Assembly: GCA_036867785.1 (NCBI GenBank)
Contig: CP145414.1
Span: 1,302,001 to 1,366,000, forward strand
Direction: 5' to 3'
DNA: 64,000 nucleotides
From: Plasmodiophora brassicae
Taxonomy: Eukaryota
Shown: positions 9,083 through 19,857 of the stretch, in pieces
Layout: each line of letters begins with the position of its first letter
How positions within the stretch are numbered: the stretch's first letter is position 1
The notes under the pieces: generated by a model
Told to the model about the DNA's origin: nothing
Databases searched by the model: none
What the model saw: only the letters and a program-made list of their open reading frames with translations
Program-made: the position numbers and the translations under genes

Positions 9083-11235
9083 TTATGGACAGGGTGTTGG
9101 CGGCACGTCGCAGGCGGGTCGCTGGTAGGGGTTACGGTTGTCCAGGATGTCGAGAACGCGACGCTGTTGCTGTCGCAACGATGCACGAAACTTGTTCTCC
9201 GATAGGTACTGCATGGTGGAGACCCGCTCCTTGTTCGTCTCGCCGCGTACGGCCTCAGCCAGCAACAGCAGCGCTCGCTGCTGCTCGACTCGCAGAAGAA
9301 CATCGACAGGCAGGTTCGCCTGGCTCAGCCGGTTCTCGAGCTCGTCGTCAAACCAGGTGTCCCGGACGCGTTTCCGTTTGTACTTTGCAATCATGAACTG
9401 AGGTTTGCGCAGTGATCGCCTAACGTAAGCGGTACCTTCTTCTGCATGTGATAGACCGCAAATAACGACACTGGGACAACGACAGAGAGGCCGATGAACC
9501 AGGCGATGGTGCGCCAGGTCGCCACCGATTCGCGAACAACGGATCGGTCGATGTTGGAGAAGTACGTCTGGTGCAGGTAGTGGTAGGAGTCGTCGTCGCG
9601 AATAAGAAGAATGGCCCGGTTGATTCGCTCGCGGAGCGCCAACAGCTTACCACGGTCCCATCCAGCCGCTTCCCTTGTGGCTGAAACGCGCCAGCCAGTT
9701 AGAACAACGTTCGGCAGGGATCGGCGGTTCCGAAGCCTTTACCAAACCCGTACGACTGAGGCCTGATGATGGGCCCAACGATCAATGCTCGGTCGGAATA
9801 CTGCCCATTCATGACGTGATACTGGAGAATCGGATCTAAGCAGGGCATCAGCGACAACTCCAAAGCGCGCATGTGGAGATTACAATCGTAAACGATGGCG
9901 TCGAGATCCCTTCTGCTGAAGCCAGCAAACATGGCCGCCGTGTTATCGTACCGTACGATTCTCGAGTACACAGTCTGTGGCAGGCATCAGTACGACGTGT
10001 CGTCGGCCACACCAATCCAGCAAACGGACCTGCTTTCGCAGGAACACCTCGGCCGTCGAGCCCTTCGTGGTGCCAACCGACCGCGTATGGAGATCATCGA
10101 TACCCTGTATTGTCGAGGCTGCTGATACCCGCATGGCTATTCATGCGACAGCAATGGTCAAATGAACCTGCATTGCGATTATGATGAACAAACCGTACCG
10201 AGTGCTGTCAGGTAGGCAGTGAGTGACGCGACGACGAGCAGGGAGAGGACGTTTAGCATCACGGCAATGACTCGCGTGACCCAGTGATTCGGTCGAGACG
10301 GGCCGCGGCGAATCAGCGACAGCAGAACCCACCTATGTAGGATCGATCAGCACGCGGGGCAAGGGGGAGGGGTGGCCAATGGACGACGTTGGCATCTGTA
10401 CCTGAATGCGTCAAGGATCCCCTTGACAGGTCTCCTTCGGACGAATGTCTTGGAGACGTCCGGGCAGAGGACAACTTCCACAATCCATATCACGCACGCC
10501 ACACATAGAACCAGTTCAAGGATGACCAGCAGGATGAACACGTTCAGCAACGTCATGGCCGACGCAAGTGCTTTGGCAACGGCTGTCACAGCGCTCATGT
10601 CGCTGTGAGTCAGGACCTGGCACACATCGTACGTCACGACACGATCCATACGGTGCATTGAACAATTCAACCTGGAAGCCGCTTTCGAAGAAGCTATGGC
10701 TGAAGTCAACCCCCATCTCCTCGCGCTCCTTCTGCGGCGACATCATCAGTCGGATTGGTGTCTCCATCGGCGTTGACGCGCCCGGGAGCGGACCGTGATA
10801 GAGATGGCCGCCATGCCAATGTCGGCGACGCCGCTGGAAACGGCGGCAAGGACCTCCTGGTCGGTCGCATAGACGCGGTACTCATTGTAGTCGGACAACT
10901 TCATCCGCTCCCAGATATCGATCGTGAACCTGGGCGGGGTAACGCTATCAGCAACCCACAAACACCCGCCCCCTCCCCAGAGCCTCATACCCCGTGAACG
11001 CGCCCGCCTCATCGCCCTGCATGACAAACGGCCTGGCGTAAGGCGCAACTTAGCGGGCGTGAAGGATGGCGACGATCCGGGGCGCATACGGGGACAGTTT
11101 GACGGCAATCTTCAACGTTGCATACGGCGCCGCACTGGGCGATTGGAACGGATTGCGGACGCGCGCCCACTCATCCGTTGCCTGGGCGGTGCCGACGCCG
11201 ACCAGAAGCACGGCCAGGATGCCGGCCATCGCCAT
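9083..11235 (-). CDS. Ionotropic glutamate receptor-like ligand-gated channel lacking an amino-terminal domain, multi-exon
   Basis: Signal peptide; S1 (AVKLSPPFVM, GFTIDIW, AAISIT..EREEMGVDFS); M1; pore WVLLSLIRRGPSRP; M3 SLTAYLTA; S2 (IQGIDDL..VGTTKGSTAEVFL, DAIVYD, QSYGFG, INRAILLI); M4. Confidence 0.85.
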
Positions 11236-11832
11236 GGTGCGGATAAGTGTGCCCCGTTGACCGCCCGCAGATGGCCAGTAGGTAGCACGACGGCCGCCTC
11301 GCAAGGCCCCAACGCGGGCTCCCGATCCCCAAAAATAGAAGCAGCGCAGCGCCCAGCTGCGGAAGGGTAACGCGCACCAGATGGTGATGACGCCGCCCCG
11401 CACTGGTTACGTTAAACGGCAGATGCATTCACACGTCGCGTACATTGCAGTAATTGCGACGTTGGGACGTTGTATGGCTGTTCGTAATCGATACTGACTG
11501 TCAACATGACCGTCGTCGTCTCTCCAGCGTCAGCGACTTATACGACAACATAGCCCAACGCAGATTTTGCCAGTAAGGTCAACTGTCTTCGCGCCCGCCA
11601 TCACTAGTAACATCCTCTCGCGCCTGCCTATTTCGAAATGATACCTGGTGGGATTTCCGAAACATTGACACGATGGTGTGAAATTCGAGGAATATGGCTG
11701 TCAGCAGAAGGGAGGATCGCACAGCAATGCCGGCGGCGAATGTTGATTGGCATACAGAGTATATTTGATGAATCGCTGGTATCCAGACGTGTCTGATGGG
11801 GCCATTGATCCAGTGGCCGTTGCGGGGTCGAA

Positions 11833-13138
11833 TCAGATCAGGTCGGCCACGTTCATCGGCATCTCCTCAACCTGCGTTTGGTAGAACTGCTCGATATCGC
11901 GAAGCGTGCGCACGTCCTCGGTGGTGACAAAGTTAATGGCGACACCCTTACGCCCGAAACGACCCGAACGCCCGATACGGTGGATGTAGTTCTCGCGGTT
12001 CGACGGCAGGTCATAGTTAATAACCAGGGACACCTGCTGCACGTCGATACCACGGGCCAGCAGGTCCGTCGTGATCAGGACACGGGACGACCCGGACCGG
12101 AACTCCTTCAGGATCATCTCGCGCTCCTGCTGGGTCATGTCGCCGTGCATGGCCGACACGGTGAAGTCGCGCTGGCCCATCTTGTCGGTCAGCCAGTCGA
12201 CCTTGCGGCGCGTGTTGCAGTAGATGATGGCCTGCGTGATCGTCAGCGTCTCGTACAGGTCGCACAGCGTGTCCAGCTTCCAGTCCTCCTTCTCGACGGC
12301 GACGTAGAACTGCTTGATACCCTCGAGTGTCAGCTCGTCGCGCTTGACGAGGATGCGGACGGGGTCCCGCATGAACCGGGTCGTGATCTGCAGGATATCC
12401 TCGGGCATCGTGGCCGAGAACAGGCAGACCTGGACCTTGGGCGGCAGGTGCTGGAACACGTCGTAGATCTGGTCCTTGAAACCACGGGAAAGCATCTCAT
12501 CGGCCTCATCCAGGACGAACGACTTGACCTTGGCCAGCGACAGCGCGCCACGGTTGATCATGTCAAAGACACGGCCGGGCGTGCCGACGACGATCTGGAC
12601 ACCGTCGCGAAGGATTCGGATGTCGTCACGAACAGCAGTGCCACCGACGCAGGCGTGCGACGTGACGCGCATGTAATCACCCAGCGCATCGAGCACCTTC
12701 TGGATCTGCTGAGCCAGTTCACGGGTCGGGGCCAGCAGCAGCGCCTGCGTCTCCTTGACGTCCATGTCGATCCGCTGCAGGATCGAGATCGAGAACGTGG
12801 CCGTCTTTCCCGTACCCGACTGCGCCTGCGCGATGGTGTCGTAGCCCTGTGGCAAAGAATATCATTGGACCGTTCGGGCCGCGCCTGATGCCATGCCCCA
12901 CGCATACCTTGACGATAGGGACGATACCGCGCTGCTGGATTGCACTGGGCTTCTCGAAACCGTAGGCGTAAATCCCTCGCAGGAGGTCGTCCCGCAGGCC
13001 CATGTCGTCGAACGAGGCGACGGCCTCCTCCCAGTTGGACGTGATCATGTCCTCCGTCAGCTGGTCATCGAGCCCAGACACGTCAGCCTTGACCTGCGTC
13101 TGCGCCGCCTCGGCACCGTTCTCGGTCTGCGGATCCAT
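11833..13138 (-). CDS. eIF4A: Eukaryotic initiation factor 4A (DEAD-box helicase), 1 intron
   Basis: [50 protein letters not shown]-terminal MPMNVADLI. Confidence 0.98.
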
Positions 13139-13431
13139 GATTGCACTACTACCTGCGATACTATGCCGTCGCGTCGTCCGTTCTCTGCCCAACTGGCTTG
13201 GCCAACGCTTTCTGAAATGAACCGCACGGATTGCCAACCGCGCCACGGTGTCCGTGGGAATGTCCGAAAACGCGTGGCGCAATTTTTGCTCCAACCTCTC
13301 CCGAATCACACGTTGCGTCCGGTCCGGGTCGCGACGTGTTTGTGGACGATATTAGCGCACGCGGATCGGGCCACAAGCACACGCCGATGGCCGGGGTCGC
13401 CCTGCCTTCGCATTCGCTATCGGCGTACAGT

Positions 13432-13931
13432 TTATTGCGGTTTGGACAGCTTGTCGACCAGGTTTCGCTGGTTCTGCTCCACCTTCTCCAGGGATTGCTG
13501 ATGGGTGGTGTACCGTTCGAGTTCGGCTTTCCGGTGCGACAGCAACGACTGCAGGTCGCGCTCCTTTTTCACTCGAGCGTCCGTCTCGCTTTCGACCTTG
13601 TTACGAAGGCCGATCGCCTATGGAGAATCGTCATCGTACAGGACAAACAGACCGGCTGGGAACGGGTGCTCTGCTTACCAGCAGCTTATGATGCTCGATT
13701 AGCTTCGCTTGCTTCTGCAGAACATCGACTAGGGCGGCAACCGCACTTTTGAATGAGCCGATTTCTGGGTCAAACCATAAGCTCCGCGTATCCAAGCGCG
13801 ATACAAGCACGACGGGGCGTACTGCTCGTGAAGCTCGACGACTCGTTGACAATCCCTTCGAGCTGCGCGAACAGGGCCGGGTCCAATATCCGAATGCGAT
13901 TCTCGCTATCGTACGAGATCAACGAGGACAT
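13432..13931 (-). CDS. IFT20: Intraflagellar transport protein 20, 2 introns
   Basis: ISYDSENRIRILDP, AKLIEHHKL-AIGLRNKVESE, AELERYTTHQQSLEKVEQNQ. Confidence 0.88.
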
Positions 13932-14150
13932 CGCTGGTCGCCTGTGCCGCTCCACTCCGCTCCACGTTCACTACAGGAACCAAACGAGGCCACGCCGGAC
14001 CGACTTGTTGTTGCTGCGCGCTGCACACCACATGTATACATTGTGGCTGACGGCCTCGAATGCAACAATGACGCCGTGAGTGTCGACGTCCACGCGCCAG
14101 TGCGAACTGCAGAGCAGGGTCGATCACGCAGTCCGTGACGTCGGCCGGCA

Positions 14151-15723
14151 ATGAGCGGCGATGTCGTTCCGTTCGAGGCCATGCTGGCCATGCAGGCCCG
14201 GGAGGACGAGGACAAGCGATTGATCGAGCGGACCCGGCTGACCCGCACGTTGAACGTGCCGACGAACGACGATGTTGTCAAGCGGCGCCTGCGCGCGTGT
14301 GGCGTCCCTGCGATTCTGTTCGGGGAGGACCCGGCGCAGCGTCGCGACCGTCTCAAGGCGCAGGGTGCGCTCATGCTGACCAGTACGCCTGAGCTGGCGC
14401 GACAATGGCACCGGATCATGGAAACGCAGAAACAGATCGAGGAGGCGGCACGAGTGACGAAACGGGCACCCGGCACCGTCTATCACACTGATGGCGGTCG
14501 GAAGTTGCTCGATGCGCGCCAGAGGATCGCACAGTTCTCCATAGAGCGCGCCAGGTCCCGACTGGAACGCGCACGCGCGTTCAGGGAATCCTCGGTCGGT
14601 CAGCGCACCGGTGCATTGTAACGCGACAGGCTAACCGTGAGGCGTTTCGTCATAGCATGACTATGTTGCCAGGTTGAGGACGCTGAAGACCTTCCATTGT
14701 ACGGGGTCGTTTGTCGGCGACACACGCCCACTGTCTTCCCTGTCGGTCCATAACGGGCTCGTCGCCACGTCGTCGTGGTCGGGCGCGGCCACGATCTGGG
14801 ACTCGAGCGGCAAGCCTGTTCGGCACCTAACCGGCGCGAAAGACAGACTATCCGACATCAAGTTACGTCCTGGCGACTATTCTGCCAGTGACCTATCAAT
14901 CGCGACGGGCGGTGTCGAGCGTCAGATCAACCTGTACGATGGAACGGCAACGTCACCGGCGGTAGTGCTGTCTGGGCACTCGGACCGCATCAGCAGGCTA
15001 GCGTTTCATCCGGACGGTCGCACGCTGATATCGACCAGGTAAACAAGTGCATTGCTGTGTCTGCCGGTGCTCACGCTGTCGCTCGTACAGTTTCGACCTG
15101 ACGTTCCGCATGTGGGACCTGGAAACGAAATCGTGTGTGGTGTCGCAGGATGGGAACTCCACTGCCCTGTACGGTTTGGGGGTGCACCCAGACGGGTCAC
15201 TTGTTGGCACCGGCGACCTCGGCGGCAACGGGCGCGTTTGGGATCTTCGCACGGGTCGTGCCGTCATCGATCTCGTTGGACACATCAAGCAGGTTCGTGT
15301 ATATCTCGCGGCAACCTCCTCTAGAGGTGTTTCTCATTGACACCGCGCCTGGTGCAGGTGCTCTGTGTGGATTTCGCCCATAACGGCTACCTGGTGGCCA
15401 CTGGATCCGGTGACAACACGGCGAGGATCTGGGATTTGCGGAAGAAGACGTCGGTCTACACGCTGCCCGGCCACGTGAACATGGTCAGCGACGTGAAGTT
15501 CGCGCCGCACGATCGCTTCCTCGTCACCGCCGGGTACGACTCGACGGCCCGTCTCTGGTCTGGGCGCGACTTCTCCGCAATCACCTCCCTCCAAGGCCAC
15601 GAGGACAAACTGACGGCCGTCGCCGTCTCTGCTGACGCCCGCCACCTCTACACCGCCTCGTTCGATCGCACCTGGAAACTCTGGTCCATCGTCGAGGACA
15701 AGAACGCCATGGACGTACAATAA
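14151..15723 (+). CDS. PRPF4: U4/U6 snRNP WD40 protein Prp4, multi-exon
   Basis: SFM motif VPTNDDVVKRRLRACGVPAILFGE..RRDRLK followed by WD40 repeats (GHSDRISRLAFHPDG, VWDLRTG, FDRTWKLW). Confidence 0.92.
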
Positions 15724-15840
15724 TAACGCTAGACTATTGTCCCAGGCATGGATGGTCAGTATGCGGTCAGCGGTCCCAGCGACGCCTCGCCTCGGCATAC
15801 CTCGTCGGTACCGCCGCGGGTCCGACGCACATCCGGCACG

Positions 15841-16958
15841 ATGACGTTGTCGGGCCAGGTCGCGATTGTAACGGGCGGTGCGCGCGGCATTGGCCTGGCC
15901 ATTGCACGTTCGCTGGCGCGGTCCGGGTCCTCGCTGGCGGTCCTGTCGCGGTCTCTGCCGGACGCTGAGGCTGCGGCGGCGACATTACCGGGTTAGGCGC
16001 ATGACCGATCGCGATCGCGACGGGGACGTGCGGCGCTGAACTGACCGCAGACGTGGATGGGAATACGCACCAAGGGTTCCGATGCGACATTGGGTCGATG
16101 GAGTCGATTCAGGAATGCGTCGGGAAGGTCGTCGAGCGCCTGGGCGTGCCGACGCTACTGGTCAGGCGGCGCAGGGCGGCCTCGTAGGACGCCGTTGACG
16201 CTGACTGCGGACGGTACCCGACGCAGGTGAACAACGTCGGAGCCACGTCGGATGGACTGATGGCGACGCAAACCGTGAGCCAGTTCAATGATGCGCTCAA
16301 CGTCAACCTCACGTCGGCCTGGTGCATGTCGAAAGCCGTCATCCGGGGTATGATCCGGCAACGCAGAGGCGCGATCGTCCACGTCGGAAGCGTCGTCGGT
16401 ACGTGCGATTACGGCGAAGGGGCCCGGTGGTCGCTAAATGCTGATTGCAAAGGTGAGGACGGCCAGGCTGGTCAGATCGCGTATTCTACCGCCAAAGGTT
16501 GGTTGCGTCATGTGCCGGTCTTCATTTCCCGGTCTGACCGCAATATTCGTTCCAGCTGGTCTGTTAGGTGTGACGCGGTGACAATCGGAATCGGGTAGCA
16601 TTGTTTCATCAACCTGACACAGGGCTGACTCGATCGATGGCGAAAGAGTTCGGCCGCAAGGGCATCCGCGTTAACATGGTTGCGCCCGGCTACATTGAAA
16701 CGCCGATGACAGAACGTGTGTCGCCAACAGCTACGATTCCCGATGGTCGGTACCATGCAGTTGACTGTTGGAACCTCAGGCCTACCCGACAGTGTTCGCG
16801 AGTTAGTCCGGCGTAGCACGTGCCTGAAGCGGTTCGGAACGTGCGCCGACGTTGCTGGGGTCGTACGATTCCTACTGGGTCCCGATGCGGCGTTCATCAC
16901 TGGGCAGTGCCTGAGAGTCGATGGAGGTCTATCTGTGCCTATGTTGGATAACACGTAA
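15841..16958 (+). CDS. SDR family 3-oxoacyl-ACP reductase (FabG/CBR4-like), multi-exon
   Basis: VAIVTGGARGIG, YSTAK catalytic motif, GIRVNMVAPGYIETPMT, FITGQCLRVDGG. Confidence 0.9.
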
Positions 16959-17044
16959 CGTATTAAAACGGCATGAGGGATGAGGCGCCAAATCCTGCGA
17001 TCGTTGTTGTGTTAGTGTGTAGGTGGACGTGGTTGTAATCAGCT

Positions 17045-17965
17045 TCAGAGGATCTCGGGAACCGGGACAGGCACGACGTTCTGGACGGCCGCGCTGAAGG
17101 GTCCGGCACCGAACATGTTCAGGAGGAAAACCTCTGCGCACGCTCTGAAGGAAAGTTCGACGTTCGACGTCGATGCCAGAAGAGCAACCGTTCCCGCAAG
17201 GGCGGGGCCGGCATACGCGACAACATGGTTCGAGTGTCCCACTCTGAGATCCTGCTCCCACATTTCGCGAACGAGCAGCATCAGCAGCGCATATACCACT
17301 GCACAGGTCGCACCCGTCTCCAGGTCAGTACCGGCAACGAAGGACGAGGCGATGCCACCGAGAAGAGCGCCTACGATGCTGGCAGCATCGTGGATAATGG
17401 GCATGTACCGACACCGGCCGTTCTGCATCAGATGCGGAATAACAGCAGCCCAGACGACCAGCTGCGCTGTCAGTGAGGCCGAGAAGCCTGCCAGTATCGA
17501 CTGGGATGCCGTTCTTGCCACCTGGTACGGAGCACGCGCGGTCGTCCCCAGCATCGCAGTGAACACGAACTCACGCGCCACATACGTCGACAGGTAGGCA
17601 TTGGCAACCAGCAGCAGCAGCAGCGCCGTCACTGGCGACTGCAGTACACCATTGTTGAACGCCGCCCACCAAGTCGACTCGAGGTACACCTTCGCCAACG
17701 GGATAGTCTCGCCAGCGACCGCGTACAAACGGCTCGCTAGCAATGTCCTGTACGACACCGTCCCACCTGCATTGCCGTGCGAGGTCCGCCCCCGATTCAG
17801 GACAGGCGGGAGGCGGTGCCTTGCGGGTGTCGTAGAGCCGCACGTCGCGCACCCAGCGTTCGAGGGCGACGAGGTGCCACCCTGGAGTGAACCCGCTTCC
17901 TTTGTCGCCGCACATACCGTCAGGATAGCGGCACATAACAATGCCGCGCTGCGCAGGGAGGTCAT
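17045..17965 (-). CDS. Hypothetical multi-pass membrane protein with signal peptide
   Basis: ATG at 17965 gives MTSLRSAALLCAAILTVCA; a CATC motif; several hydrophobic segments; no family recognised. Confidence 0.6.
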   Translation of the reverse strand: MTSLRSAALLCAAILTVCAATKEAGSLQGGTSSPSNAGCATCGSTTPARHRLPPVLNRGRTSHGNAGGTVSYRTLLASRLYAVAGETIPLAKVYLESTWWAAFNNGVLQSPVTALLLLLVANAYLSTYVAREFVFTAMLGTTARAPYQVARTASQSILAGFSASLTAQLVVWAAVIPHLMQNGRCRYMPIIHDAASIVGALLGGIASSFVAGTDLETGATCAVVYALLMLLVREMWEQDLRVGHSNHVVAYAGPALAGTVALLASTSNVELSFRACAEVFLLNMFGAGPFSAAVQNVVPVPVPEIL

Positions 17966-18555
17966 TGCTTGCAACCCCGTCCGGGTGAAGAGAACGCGAT
18001 CCGGCCGGCGAACTGAAGGTGCGGCAGTGGGACGGGGCACCACGCGCCGGAGAACTGCGATCTGCGAACTGTCAGCACCTGAAATGTGCGTCACGGCGAC
18101 TGTCACGGGGCTGCAAAGCCACCCAAGGGGGGGGGGGGGGGTCGCTCGCTGGTTCCCGTTCTGCAGCAGGCGAACACCTGGCAGGTCGGGATCGCTGGCC
18201 CGACTACAGGCCATCGGCTGCAGACTACCACAATTGTACTGGTTTGCGGTTATACAGTGCCCACTGCCGAGGATGCCCCGACCACGATATCTGTGATGAA
18301 ACTGGTTCGACGGTTCTGGAGCAGTTATGGCCGGAAAGTTCTGGACCCGTGGCCAGGCTGTGTGGGCAATGGCTGCGGATGCGCGATCCTGGATCACGCG
18401 GAGTACGCCGTGTACGGCCCAGATTACTGGCTGTCTGTTCCAGAGTGGGCACTGACTGGGCAGTCGAGACTTGGTGACCGACCCGCCCAACTGCCCGTCA
18501 CTCCTGTGTCCGCTGTTCGTACCGGGCATATACTACTACTAGCGCCAGCCCGAGC

Positions 18556-19711
18556 ATGAACATCCTTGCTCGCCGAATGTCTTGCCGCTTCGCGGCGCCG
18601 CTGGCCACCAGGATGCACCCAGTGGCCTGGCGTGCCTTATCGGCCAGTACGAGTACGACGCGTCGCGCCTACGAGTGTATGATACTGTGAGGCCGCATAC
18701 CAAAGGCATCGTTTCTGACAGCGCCCGCCGTAGGGGTCCCCATCGAGGCCGAAGGTCTGATTGCCAAGGCCTACAACAGGCACAGGCCGTTACTGTTCGG
18801 CGACAAGGATTACGGGCAGCCGGCGCCGGTGACGACCAGCGAGCTGGAAAAGCTGGGCACACAGCTCCATTACCCGCCGAAGGATTTCGTCGACCGCGTC
18901 GCATTGGGCATCATGCGGGTCCTGCGCCGGTTCACCCACATGTTCTTCCGCGAACGGTACGGGCACCACGCCGTCGTCCTGGAAAGTCGGTCCACGCAGC
19001 GCTTGCCTCGCTTCGGACGACAACGCTGATGTCGGTATGGTTCGCTGTTAGCCGTCGCCGCCGTTCCTGGGATCGTCGGCGCGTTCCATCGCCACCTTCG
19101 CAGCCTGCGCGGCATGAAACGCGACCGCGGCTGGATCAACCCGCTGCAGGAAGAGGCGGAGAACGAACGCATGCACCTGCTGATCTGGATGTACGTCACG
19201 CAGCCGACCCGCATCGAGCGTTTCCTCGTCCTCACGGCACAGTTCGGCTACCTGGTCTGCTACTCGGCGCTCTACGCCGTGTCGGGCCGTGCCGCGCACC
19301 GCCTCGTCGGCTATCGTACGCGCGCCGCCTGTTCAGGCGATTGGCGGCCTGGATCGCTCACGGACGACCTGCCCATATAGTTGAGGAGGAGGCCCAGCTG
19401 GCGTACACGGCGTACCTGGAGGCGGTCGATGCCGGCAAGTTCGAGAACGAGATCGCCCCGTCGTTCGCGCAACGTTACTACCGTCTGCCAGAGACCGCTC
19501 GCCTGCGCGACATCATTCTGCACGTCCGCGCCGACGAGGTAACCGGCGGTCGTGCGTGGGCCGTGGGGGTCGGGCGCGCTGACACTGTTGGCGTTAGTGC
19601 ATGCACGGGTCGTTCAACCACCACCTGGCCGACAAGTACAAGCAGGGCGACATCGACACCGAACCGACGTTCCTGCAGTCGGACATGCGCGACGAGAAGA
19701 TCGCTGCGTAG
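18556..19711 (+). CDS. AOX: Mitochondrial alternative oxidase, multi-exon
   Basis: Arg-rich transit peptide; spliced LETVAAVPG, EEAENERMHL, HRLVGY-EEEA and RADE..H di-iron motifs. Confidence 0.93.
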
Positions 19712-19857
19712 GTCGCACAGCGACCGCTGAACCTATCTCTGAATACACATGGCGATCCGCCCCCACATGAAACGTGTGCGTGCTTATATTTACTCGGAGT
19801 GATACGTTCATCACGTGCCATCATCTGTCATCATGGGCGGCGGCCACATACAGTGGC

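Noticed and set aside
11433-11462. Short inverted repeat ACGTCGC...GCGACGT upstream of the iGluR gene
   Set aside because: 7-bp arms are expected by chance in GC-rich DNA.
11878-12888. 336-aa plus-strand ORF
   Set aside because: Antisense shadow of the strongly codon-biased eIF4A gene.
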